Below, piece by piece: positions 41,592 to 50,518 of a stretch of DNA of 64,000 bases (within the stretch, counting starts at the first letter, position 1; the number at the start of each line of letters is the position of its first letter). Under the pieces are notes generated by a model. It worked only from the letters and a program-made list of their open reading frames with translations, ran no database searches and was not told the origin of the DNA. The DNA comes from an uncultured Gammaproteobacteria bacterium. GTDB lineage: Bacteria > Patescibacteriota > Microgenomatia > JALYQM01. A program made the translations under genes and the position numbers. The stretch covers positions 250,862 to 314,861 of the forward strand of contig CAZHTP010000001.1 in NCBI GenBank assembly GCA_964535655.1, written 5' to 3'.

Positions 41592-42654
41592 AGGATTTTA
41601 TCTCCATAAATAGATTATAATAGTCTTCAATTACTCGCTGAATGTTAAATCTACTGAGGAAGTTTTCTCTACTTGGTCGAACTTTTTTACCATAGTAGTC
41701 ATATTTTGTCAAAGCAAGCTCCGTTTTTGCAATATAATCTTCGATGGAATCTCTATCGAAAAGTAGGTCGTGATCTGGGAGTAATTCTGGTATAGCCCCA
41801 TAGTTTGTCCCAACTATAACTTTCCCGCGAATAACATTTTCAACTACACTTTTGCCAAATGGTTCGGCAAATGAAGGAATGAGCATTATTCCGTACTCTT
41901 TCAGCCTTTCATCATTTTTGTCAATGAATCCGTGAATATGAATGTATTTCGTAGCGTTGAGTTCTTCAATCAATCTTTGAAGATTTGCTTTTTCGTTTCC
42001 TTCTCCGAAAATATCTAAGGAAATAGCATACCCTTTATCATGTAGAGATTTAACAGCTTTAACACTCCAATTGGTTCTCTTCCATTTGACCAATCTTCCA
42101 ATGCTTAATAACTTGAATTTATTTCTTTTACTATCGCCAAAGTTATTAAAATCTTCTAAGTTAATTCCATTGTAAATGGTGTGAATCGATCCTTTATAAC
42201 CTAATTCACGTATTTTTTCTGAAACAGCATTTGAAATTCCTACTACGTGATTAACATATTTCAACTCATTTGCATTATTCCTATCGATAAATATGGCTCT
42301 AATGGTGGCAATATTTGGGATATTTAATAGTTTAGGGATTAAACTTTCAGAAAATATGTAGCGAAAGTTATGGTTAACTAAATTTATTCTATCTTTTAGT
42401 ACAATAAATAGAATTATTAGAGGTGCAATAAGGTTATACAGCTTTGGATTGATCGTCAAAAAATATAATTTTACATTTCTTGGCAATTTTGGTTTTGGAC
42501 ATGCGTAATTTACTATATATAAAACTGATATTTTGAAATTTTGTTTTGTAGCAAGATATGATACAAGATGTGAAATAGATTCTTCGGCACCACCAATTGC
42601 AGTGCTATAGAGCGTTAGCAATAATCTAATTTCATTTGTTTTCACTTTGATCAA
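41545..42654 (-). CDS. Glycosyltransferase, GT4 family (GT-B fold).
   Basis: C-terminal EPFGKSVVENVIRGKVIVGTNYGAIPELL (E-x7-E nucleotide-sugar binding motif). Confidence 0.75.
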   Translation of the reverse strand: MIKVKTNEIRLLLTLYSTAIGGAEESISHLVSYLATKQNFKISVLYIVNYACPKPKLPRNVKLYFLTINPKLYNLIAPLIILFIVLKDRINLVNHNFRYIFSESLIPKLLNIPNIATIRAIFIDRNNANELKYVNHVVGISNAVSEKIRELGYKGSIHTIYNGINLEDFNNFGDSKRNKFKLLSIGRLVKWKRTNWSVKAVKSLHDKGYAISLDIFGEGNEKANLQRLIEELNATKYIHIHGFIDKNDERLKEYGIMLIPSFAEPFGKSVVENVIRGKVIVGTNYGAIPELLPDHDLLFDRDSIEDYIAKTELALTKYDYYGKKVRPSRENFLSRFNIQRVIEDYYNLFMEIKSYDVPGRETETIGFNH

Positions 42655-43576
42655 CCTTCGTAATTTCGTCTAATAATTGTTTTTCGTAAATATCATAATT
42701 GCTTGTTTCAGGAACTTCCTTCAGCTTATCTACTTCTAATTGATGAGAAAGTTTGCAGTAACTTTGACGAGGAATAGCGATATTTATTTTCGTATATGGG
42801 AAAATTATTGATTTCATTCCAATCATCACCCCTGGCATTAATGCAACATATGCACCAATTTGACAACCATATTCTATAAACGCTCCCATTTTTAGTTCTT
42901 TTGAACTATGGGTTATCTCTATAGCCTTTAAAGTAATGTTAATCCCGTCTAGTCGGACAACAGTAGTGCATGAAATATACCCAAAGTGACAATCATCACC
43001 TACGATCGAATGACCAATAAAATTAGTATGCAATGTGCTTTTTCTACCTAAGTAACTTTTATTAACCTCAGTGTTATAGCCTACTACTGCTCCTTCATCT
43101 ATGTAGGAATCTCTTACTAGAGCGTTATGTCCGACAATACAATTATCGCCTATATATGAATTACCTGTAATATATGCGCCAGGCATTATTTTTGCGGTAG
43201 GAGAGATATAGGGTTTATTAATCTTAAGTAACTCTACATAAATGTTTTGAGGATTAAAATAGCTATCCTTAAGGGAAACTACTTCAATGCTCGCATTTTC
43301 AAAAAATAAAATCTTATCATCGTACTCACTGACAAGGCATATTTGTTTTTTGATAGCATTTAATAGTAGTTCACTACTTGAAGAGAATATTCTAGCGTCT
43401 ATGAATATACTTTCCTCACTACTGGGAGGTAGACCATTTACCATTTCAATAGTTTTACTACACAGAATATCTTTAGACGCTATTTTTCTTGCGATTGCCG
43501 CAATATTTTTCAGAAAGAATCGATTATCTGCCTGGAAAGCAAATGCGCTTTCATCAAGTGTGAATTGAATTTTCAT
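42632..43576 (-). CDS. Hexapeptide-repeat (LbH) acyl/acetyltransferase with an N-terminal domain of unknown function.
   Basis: Tandem hexapeptide repeats ...ITGNSYIGDNCIVGHNALVRDSYIDEGAVVGYNTEVNKSYLG... Confidence 0.65.
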   Translation of the reverse strand: MKIQFTLDESAFAFQADNRFFLKNIAAIARKIASKDILCSKTIEMVNGLPPSSEESIFIDARIFSSSSELLLNAIKKQICLVSEYDDKILFFENASIEVVSLKDSYFNPQNIYVELLKINKPYISPTAKIMPGAYITGNSYIGDNCIVGHNALVRDSYIDEGAVVGYNTEVNKSYLGRKSTLHTNFIGHSIVGDDCHFGYISCTTVVRLDGINITLKAIEITHSSKELKMGAFIEYGCQIGAYVALMPGVMIGMKSIIFPYTKINIAIPRQSYCKLSHQLEVDKLKEVPETSNYDIYEKQLLDEITKVDQSENK

Positions 43577-43593
43577 AGTATCGGCAGTTTATT

Positions 43594-44880
43594 TTAAATT
43601 TCTTTTATCGTAGCCCCAAGATTCCTTAGATTATCTGCAAAATTAGCGTGGCCTCGATATAATGGTCCAACATTCAAGATTTTCGATGTTCCCTCAGCCA
43701 TAAGGGCGGTCATAATATAGGCGACTACTGCACGAATAATATATGGAGACTCGATTGTTGTCCCTTTTAGTTTATTCCCACCAGTAACAATTACTCGGTG
43801 AGGATCACACATTATTATGTTGCTTCCGAATTTTAGTAATTCGCTTGTCCAAAAAAGCCCTGCTTCGTACATCCAATTATGATAGAGAACACTTCCATTT
43901 GGTGACTTCAAAGCGAGTGGGACAAATAACGGCAACATATCTACAGGTAAGTATGGCCAAGGTTGAGCTCGCACAATTGTTGTATGTCCGTGTTTGCCAT
44001 TATTAAGCTTAACGTCCTGATTTTTTCTTACGATCGCAGTGTCGCCTTCGTATTCTATTTTAACGTTAAATTTACCAAACTCATGATTTATTAAGTTAAA
44101 ATATTCTGGCATTGCATCGTTAACTCGTATTTCACCGCCTGTACACGCTCCTAAGGCTAAGAATGTCGCAATCTCATGATGATCACTTAACATTCGATGT
44201 TGAACCGACCCAAGGCTGTCTGTCCCCTCAATTTCCAATACACTTGAACCGATCCCGTTCATTTTAACGCCTGCTTTGCTTAGTAAGAAACATACATCTT
44301 GTACGCTAGGCTCTGAAGCAGCACCTACTATTTTTGTTGTCCCTTTCAGAGTAACGGCTAACATAATAGCGTTTGCTGTGGCCGTTGGGCTCATTTCAGT
44401 TAAATACACAACCGATGCCTTAGCACCGCTGGCATCCATACTAATACCATCACCTTGTTCAATCAGCTCAACATGTAGGTTCTTAAAAGCGTTGTAATGA
44501 GCATCAACTGGTCTTGCTCCTAAGGTACATCCACCTGGGAGTTGTTCAAAATTAACCTTTTTAAATCTTCCAAGCATTCCTCCCCATAGAAGAGAACTAC
44601 CTTTCATATTACCCAAGTCTTCTTTAGTGAGGTTTTCAAAACTTAAATTTGAGTTGTCTATTATAAGGGTGCTTTTTTCTCGTTGCCAATCAACTTTTGA
44701 ACCTAATTTAATTAGGATTTTAACTATTCGTTCGATATCTGCTATATTGGGGACTTTTTCGAGTGTAACTGGTCTATCAAATAATATACTTGCGGCAAGT
44801 AGCGCAACTGCTGAGTTTTTACTACCTGCTGGAGTGATTTCGCCAAATAAGGCCTGGCCGCCTTGTACTTCAACTTCCAT
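43594..44880 (-). CDS. murA: UDP-N-acetylglucosamine 1-carboxyvinyltransferase-like enolpyruvyl transferase (MurA family).
   Basis: MEVEVQGGQALFGEITPAGSKNSAVALLAASILFDRPVTLEKVPNIADIER is a MurA-type N-terminus; 428 aa with an EPSP-synthase fold. I cannot tell from sequence alone whether it is the housekeeping copy or a glycan-pathway paralog. Confidence 0.75.
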   Translation of the reverse strand: MEVEVQGGQALFGEITPAGSKNSAVALLAASILFDRPVTLEKVPNIADIERIVKILIKLGSKVDWQREKSTLIIDNSNLSFENLTKEDLGNMKGSSLLWGGMLGRFKKVNFEQLPGGCTLGARPVDAHYNAFKNLHVELIEQGDGISMDASGAKASVVYLTEMSPTATANAIMLAVTLKGTTKIVGAASEPSVQDVCFLLSKAGVKMNGIGSSVLEIEGTDSLGSVQHRMLSDHHEIATFLALGACTGGEIRVNDAMPEYFNLINHEFGKFNVKIEYEGDTAIVRKNQDVKLNNGKHGHTTIVRAQPWPYLPVDMLPLFVPLALKSPNGSVLYHNWMYEAGLFWTSELLKFGSNIIMCDPHRVIVTGGNKLKGTTIESPYIIRAVVAYIMTALMAEGTSKILNVGPLYRGHANFADNLRNLGATIKEI

Positions 44881-45106
44881 ATTGGTAAATTATACCAGAT
44901 CGATAGATGGGCATGGCAACAATGGCAGCATAAGATTGTGCTTTAGTAGTCGTTTTTGTTCTACTGCATGTATTTGTATGATTCTACCCTGAGATCTCTT
45001 TCGATAATTAGTCGGCTTTTACGAGGTCGTGGGGCGATAAAGTTAAATTGAAAGCGTAATTGTGGGGTATCTCTATGGATATGCCGATTTCCATGAAATG
45101 GATTGT

Positions 45107-45263
45107 ATCAAGGATTATGAATATTATTAAGGAGCAAAAGTTGGTGAGTTCCTGAAGTGTAGTTTGTTTCTGAATAGGCTAATCGAGGTAATACTAATAA
45201 GAAAAATAATAGTGTTAAAGCGAAGAGAATAATATCTTTACTGATAACGCGTAGGGTGTGCAT
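45107..45263 (-). CDS. Candidate small hydrophobic protein (51 aa) in the long intergenic region.
   Basis: MHTLRVISKDIILFALTLLFFLLVLPRLAYSETNYTSGTHQLLLLNNIHNP, preceded by a strong SD (GGAGGA, 5 nt before the ATG). Below the ORF-track size cutoff. Confidence 0.3.
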
Positions 45264-45678
45264 AACGTTCCTCCATCTTTTTTATGATAGATGGAGGATA
45301 TGCTTTATTCAGTAAGGTATATCACAAAAAAAGAGTCTTCACTATTTTGAAAGCTTTACTCCAGCTAAAGATTTTCTTTGTAAAAGTTAATAAATGGTCC
45401 GTGATTATTAAAAAGCGCTTGACGGTTTGACGCAGGATTGGTGCTAAATTCGTCCTACTTGGTCCAGGGGTGTGATTTATTGCCGGAATTTTACTACTAT
45501 TATCTGCGTTTTCTTTAACGAATTTGAAAAAATCGAAAACAAGTTACCGTTTAGAACTTTATGGTATCAAATTGGGCCACACCGGGCATATTTTGAATTG
45601 GGTACCCCCTGCTTGAGAGTGGCTTTAGATTCATTAGAATAGCATTTTGTCTGAGTTCAACGCACTATCCTATAGCAA

Positions 45679-45707
45679 TTGACATTCCTTTCTCTATCTG
45701 TTATACT
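45679..45707 (+). promoter_or_regulatory. Near-consensus sigma70 promoter for the DEAD-box helicase gene.
   Basis: TTGACA (45679-45684) - 17 nt - TATACT (45702-45707), ~125 nt upstream of the ATG at 45837. Confidence 0.5.
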
Positions 45708-45836
45708 TCTTTAAATTGATTCTAAATTGCCTTAAAAAGTGTATTTAGGTAACTGATTTTCGAGTATTTTCTCCAAAAGTATTTCCTCCAGAATTGGTTT
45801 CAATTTGTTTTATTAACCAATTTAGTGAGGATTTTT

Positions 45837-47015
45837 ATGTCTTTCCGTAGATTTAACGGTCAGTCGCGACCACAACGCGGCAATTTTAATCAAAGTCGTC
45901 GAGTACGAGGGGTATTTTCTGACGTAAATAAGTTTATTAACAAAGCTACTGAGTTTTCAGTGGAAGAAGAATACATAGCGAAGCATCAATTTATTGATTT
46001 CAATTTTGTTTCAGAGATAAAGGATAGCGTTGTCTCGCGTGGGTATGAAAACCCTACTCCGATTCAAGATCAGACAATCGCCTATGCTCTTGAAGGGCGT
46101 GATGTGCTTGGTATTGCTAATACTGGTACAGGGAAAACAGCAGCATTTTTATTACCGCTTATAAATAAAGTGTTTTCCAACCGTTCAGAAATGGTTTTAA
46201 TTATTGCACCGACCCGAGAGCTTGCTGTTCAAATTGAAGACGAGTTTAAGTCATTTACTCGGGGGATGGGTATGTATTCTGTACTTTGTATAGGTGGATC
46301 AAGTATGAACGTGCAGATGCAGAATTTGCGACGACGTTATAATTTTGTAATTGGAACACCTGGTCGTTTAAAGGATTTAATTAGTCAACGATGTATTAAT
46401 TTATCTCGTTTTAACAGTGTAGTGCTTGATGAAGTAGATCAAATGTTTGATATGGGTTTTGTGAAAGATGTACAAACTCTTCTTTCTATGTTGCCTAGAG
46501 ATCGACAATCACTATTTTTCTCGGCAACTCTTTCTCGCGAAATAGATAGTCTGGTGCGTGCTGAGATGAATAACCCAATTATTGTCTTGCTGAAAAAGCG
46601 TGATACCGCGGCTACTGTTGACCAGGATGTTGTTCGGGTCACTCCGGGATCGAGCAAAATAGATATTTTACATGATCTCTTGGTCCAGGAAGATTTTACA
46701 AAAGTATTAATTTTTGGTCGTACAAAACGTGGCGTGAATAAATTGTCTGATATTTTGCACGAGCGAGGATTCCGTGTGGACTCAATCCACGGCGACAAAA
46801 CACAGAATGCCCGACAACAAGCGCTTAATAAGTTTAAAAAAGACCATATTATGATTCTGGTTGCGACAGATGTTGCAGCACGCGGAATTGATATTCCTAA
46901 TGTGTCACATGTGATCAATTACGAATTACCAGAAACATATGAGGACTATATACATCGCATCGGACGTACTGGTCGTGCCAATAAGACAGGAAAAGCGCTT
47001 ACTTTTGTGGAGTAA
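45837..47015 (+). CDS. DEAD-box ATP-dependent RNA helicase.
   Basis: Q-motif (TPIQDQ), motif I GTGKTAAF, motif II DEVD, SAT, and motif VI HRIGRTGR. SD GAGGA lies 8 nt upstream of the ATG. The N-terminal extension is Arg/Gly-rich. Confidence 0.9.
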   Translation: MSFRRFNGQSRPQRGNFNQSRRVRGVFSDVNKFINKATEFSVEEEYIAKHQFIDFNFVSEIKDSVVSRGYENPTPIQDQTIAYALEGRDVLGIANTGTGKTAAFLLPLINKVFSNRSEMVLIIAPTRELAVQIEDEFKSFTRGMGMYSVLCIGGSSMNVQMQNLRRRYNFVIGTPGRLKDLISQRCINLSRFNSVVLDEVDQMFDMGFVKDVQTLLSMLPRDRQSLFFSATLSREIDSLVRAEMNNPIIVLLKKRDTAATVDQDVVRVTPGSSKIDILHDLLVQEDFTKVLIFGRTKRGVNKLSDILHERGFRVDSIHGDKTQNARQQALNKFKKDHIMILVATDVAARGIDIPNVSHVINYELPETYEDYIHRIGRTGRANKTGKALTFVE

Positions 47016-50000
47016 TAGGATTTCTGCGCATTCTCAATGCGCGGATTCCATAAATGAATCCTGCAAAGCCGATAAGCACTACATTTAGTAACAGGAAGAG
47101 ATTTAGAATTCCTCTATTCATGCTATCGGCGTCGGAAAATCCATACATTGCATTTTGTGGAAAAGTGATATTTATTGGAGGTGCAGGTGAAGTTTCTGTA
47201 TAACGGTCGTACTTTTGTGAGTCGTAATATAGATTTAGTTCCTGTTGACCATTAACTAACGCGATCAACGATGATAGATGGGTTACGCTTTGTGTCTTCT
47301 GATATAGCATATCAGCAAAGCCGGGGTTTTGATCAATGAATCCTTTGTATGTAGAAATTGCTTTTTGAATTTCATAACTGGTAAGTAACTCCTGTAGATT
47401 CTGATCCTCACTCGCATTAGTAGTTGATGTAACACTTCTGACTAAGTTCCAATAGGGTGTTTTAAGAAGAGTCTCATCCCCTAATTCAAGATCATTTCTA
47501 ATAGCAAAAATGAGAGCTTCTTCAACATTTCCTTCAATTTTGGTATTTGTTTCTAAAATAGTATATGTGGTTTGTTGTGTGAATGCAGGAATCTTATTAT
47601 TTTCGTAAACTACTATGATTTTGGCTCCATTCTCGGAGAAATTTACCAGATTGGTTGGTATAATGAATTCATTATCGGTTAATAGTAATACTGCTGAATA
47701 ATTCTCATTTATTTGTGGTGGTAAAGTATCTACTTCTCGCTCTCCGAAATATACTGGATCTGCTATCTTTATGTTTGGCCGAAGCGTTTGTTTTGAACTT
47801 ATTAAATCATTAAAGTAATATAAATCCACGGTGTTTTTATTAAAGAAATCGGGGTTATGTGTTAAAAGATTTTGTATTTCCTGCCACTGTTTTGTATTCT
47901 TGCGATGAGCTGAAACATCGTAGATAAGAGCCAATCGTAGTCCAGAACTTACTAACGGACTACAGGCTGCCTGAGTATATAGAATCCTTGCATCAGTACC
48001 TGAGTTTTTTATTTCTATATCTTCAATTGGGTTATTACACAGTTTTTCTGCAGCATTTGCTGTCGGTATGGTATTGGCTTTTGAATTTATGGAAACTGTT
48101 GTACCGTTAAGTTTAACGGCCGTTGCTATTTTTCTTTTTTCTTCTATATTTTGCTTTTTTGTATATGATGGCAAGGCATAACCTTCTTTTCCAAGCGGAA
48201 CTAAATATCCGAATTGGACTTTTTGCGTATTTTGAACATTTGAAGTATACATCTTAGCGGGTATGGGATATATTCGTAATCGATATTGGCGTGGTCCTGT
48301 TTGTTCGAGTAGTGCAGGATCTCGCATTTTATTTACTTCCCTTTGATATGTTTTTGCGGCAGCTCCTTTTGGTGCTACTCTTCCCTTATATTCCAAATTA
48401 TTGCCTAACTTTAGATCAGTTATTACTGATCCGCTCGGCAAGGAAAATTCGTAGATAACTTCCTGATCAGAATACGCTGTGTTGCTAAATGTTTGCTCAA
48501 TCGAGATGTGGGCAAACAGTCCATTGTTTTGTGAAGTAGCCGAAATTCTTTGATTTTCTAATTTTACCTGGGCTTCTGAAATCGATTCGGTCTTTGAAGT
48601 ATTTTGTCCGAATACATAGCGGTAACTGTTGTCAATTGAATTATCATAGATAAATTTGGGTCCACTATAGGTAAATGGATAGGCAACAAGATCGAAGGTA
48701 TCCTGTACGATTGAAAAAGAATTCAAATTAAATCCGAATAATTCTGCATAGGCTTTTTCAAGAAATTTATCTTCTTTAATAAATACGTATCTTTCGTGAG
48801 CATTTTGCCCATCCTGAATTCTTCGACGTAGGTTTTCTTTTTCAGGAATTAACTGAGCTGCGATTTGCGCCCTCTCTTCAAAAGTGGAAATACTTTTTAT
48901 TTTAACAAGCTGATTAATTAAAGGGAGTATATCTCCTTGGTATGATGAAAAAAGCAGAAAGGTAAAAAAACTTATCACTGTTGCGCTAGTTATTAATTGA
49001 GGTACCAGTTTTTGGAATCCTAGCTCAAGCTCTATCCATGATTTTTTTACTGATTTCCATACTATGTATGTTAGGACGTATGGTAAGGTCAATAAAATGG
49101 CGATTGATACTACTATTAACGATCCAAATACCAGTACCATGATAATCGAAAATATATTGTAGTATGGTGAATACAATCCTCCGCTCCCTGTTTCGGAGAT
49201 TATTTTCCATAACAACTTAATAAAGCCTCCTGTAATGAGCGGTAGGAAGAACGCAAGGATTAAGCCAATATACACTGTCGTTGCTACTATTAGTACTTTT
49301 ATACAATGAGAGACTACCAGGATCATTTTGTTTTTTGAGCTGAAGTGGATTGCTTCGAACAGCCAATAAAACGGAACCATCATCAATACCAGTAAAGTTA
49401 TCCAGATTGAGGGGGCGGCGTTTGTAAGTATGTTAAAGCTGAATAAGCTGATTGCTATAATTGGAATCTCAAATAGAAAGAAAATTTGGCTTACTTGGCC
49501 GGTATTTTTATATAGTTTTCTTCGCAACGTAATTCCTACCGTAAGATATGGTACGAGAAGTACTAGTCCAATGATAGCTACCTTTATCGCTCCTATGGTC
49601 TTAATTGTATTAAATAAATAACTTTCGTTAAGTAAAAAGATTACAAACAGAATAGTGAAAAGAATATAAATAAAATTATAGAACCAAAATAAAATATGAA
49701 TTATTCCACCAAATCCCCTGTTGGATTTGGATTTTCCCATGGTGTGATCATTTTTTTCAAGTAAGTTTAGCAAGGCTCTACGTGCTGCGTGTTGCGCGGG
49801 TTCAGAAAATTCGGGTGGTGTGCAATCTTTCCCGTCTATATATATTCGAATACTGCTGGAAAGATATTCAATTTCAACTGAGATGGACTCTTTTTTGCTG
49901 TGAGTCCAAAGTTGATATGCTTCACGAATCGCGGAAGTGACCTCCTGACGAATTTCATCAGGTGAAACTCCCCTACGAATAATAAGCGACACTAATTCGG

Positions 50001-50016
50001 AGATTTCAGATGCCAT
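46999..50016 (-). CDS. Large polytopic membrane protein (1005 aa) with a VIT-like plus vWA-like extracytoplasmic region.
   Basis: Topology: ~100-aa soluble N-terminal domain, then ~9-10 TM helices, a ~550-aa ectodomain and a C-terminal TM anchor (ILNLFLLLNVVLIGFAGFIYGI) with a basic tail. Within the ectodomain, IEQTFSNTAYSDQEVIYEFSLPSGSVITDLKLGNNLEYKGRVAPKGAAAKTYQREVNKMRDPALLEQTGPRQYRLRIYPIP matches the VIT domain consensus (tqtF.N......a.Y.FpLp..A.v..f.m.ig.r.i.g.v.eK..A...Y..av..G..AaLLEq......F...v.NipP). Downstream, LALIYDVSAHRK...AVLLLTDNEF resembles vWA D-x-S...TDG motifs. Confidence 0.5.
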   Translation of the reverse strand: MASEISELVSLIIRRGVSPDEIRQEVTSAIREAYQLWTHSKKESISVEIEYLSSSIRIYIDGKDCTPPEFSEPAQHAARRALLNLLEKNDHTMGKSKSNRGFGGIIHILFWFYNFIYILFTILFVIFLLNESYLFNTIKTIGAIKVAIIGLVLLVPYLTVGITLRRKLYKNTGQVSQIFFLFEIPIIAISLFSFNILTNAAPSIWITLLVLMMVPFYWLFEAIHFSSKNKMILVVSHCIKVLIVATTVYIGLILAFFLPLITGGFIKLLWKIISETGSGGLYSPYYNIFSIIMVLVFGSLIVVSIAILLTLPYVLTYIVWKSVKKSWIELELGFQKLVPQLITSATVISFFTFLLFSSYQGDILPLINQLVKIKSISTFEERAQIAAQLIPEKENLRRRIQDGQNAHERYVFIKEDKFLEKAYAELFGFNLNSFSIVQDTFDLVAYPFTYSGPKFIYDNSIDNSYRYVFGQNTSKTESISEAQVKLENQRISATSQNNGLFAHISIEQTFSNTAYSDQEVIYEFSLPSGSVITDLKLGNNLEYKGRVAPKGAAAKTYQREVNKMRDPALLEQTGPRQYRLRIYPIPAKMYTSNVQNTQKVQFGYLVPLGKEGYALPSYTKKQNIEEKRKIATAVKLNGTTVSINSKANTIPTANAAEKLCNNPIEDIEIKNSGTDARILYTQAACSPLVSSGLRLALIYDVSAHRKNTKQWQEIQNLLTHNPDFFNKNTVDLYYFNDLISSKQTLRPNIKIADPVYFGEREVDTLPPQINENYSAVLLLTDNEFIIPTNLVNFSENGAKIIVVYENNKIPAFTQQTTYTILETNTKIEGNVEEALIFAIRNDLELGDETLLKTPYWNLVRSVTSTTNASEDQNLQELLTSYEIQKAISTYKGFIDQNPGFADMLYQKTQSVTHLSSLIALVNGQQELNLYYDSQKYDRYTETSPAPPINITFPQNAMYGFSDADSMNRGILNLFLLLNVVLIGFAGFIYGIRALRMRRNPITPQK

Positions 50017-50096
50017 TGCCTTAATAATGACGGTATCTTATCTTGTTTGCAATAGTTTGTATACTTACTGATATTGTCGCATTAATAAGCCAGGCT

Positions 50097-50504
50097 TTAA
50101 AGTGTGAGGCCTTCTTTTTTGAGATAGGAGATAAACGGATCGGGTACATCCATAGTGGACAATCTTCCCTGCCTTACGAGTCGAAAATCTTTAAATTTTT
50201 CAGTTGCTTTGATCTGTTGTAGTGTAATGTATGGCTCTTTAAATTTTTTTATAAATTTGAAATCCACTAGCCAGCTTTTCTCATCTTTAGGATCTGGTCG
50301 AGAGTTTCCTATCACTTCGGCTAGTCCGACAATGGAAGCTTGTCCTTGAGAATGATAAATAATAACCCGATCTCCTTTTTCCATTTGTTTGAGAAAAATA
50401 ACCGCTTGGGGGGCACGAACCCCATCCCAGGTGGTTTGTTTATCTTTTTCGAGGTCATCTATCGAATATGTTTCAGGGTCTGTTTTGGCAAGAAAATAGT
50501 TCAT
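50097..50504 (-). CDS. EVE (PUA-like, DUF55) domain protein.
   Basis: YFLAKTDPETYSIDDLEKDKQTTWDGVRAPQAVIFLKQMEKGDRVIIYHSQGQASIVGLAEVIG matches the EVE consensus (yWLmKsEP..ysiddL.k.g...WdGVRN.qArn.lr.M..GD.v.fYHS.......vGiaeV). Confidence 0.7.
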   Translation of the reverse strand: MNYFLAKTDPETYSIDDLEKDKQTTWDGVRAPQAVIFLKQMEKGDRVIIYHSQGQASIVGLAEVIGNSRPDPKDEKSWLVDFKFIKKFKEPYITLQQIKATEKFKDFRLVRQGRLSTMDVPDPFISYLKKEGLTL

Positions 50505-50518
50505 GTAGGGATAGTATA

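Noticed and set aside
45419-45450. Two TTGACG hexamers upstream of a TGcTAAATT element as a strong second promoter.
   Set aside because: Spacing to the -10 is 20 nt and 12 nt respectively, which is non-optimal. At best this is an extended -10 promoter. I kept it as part of the intergenic-region finding rather than as a feature.
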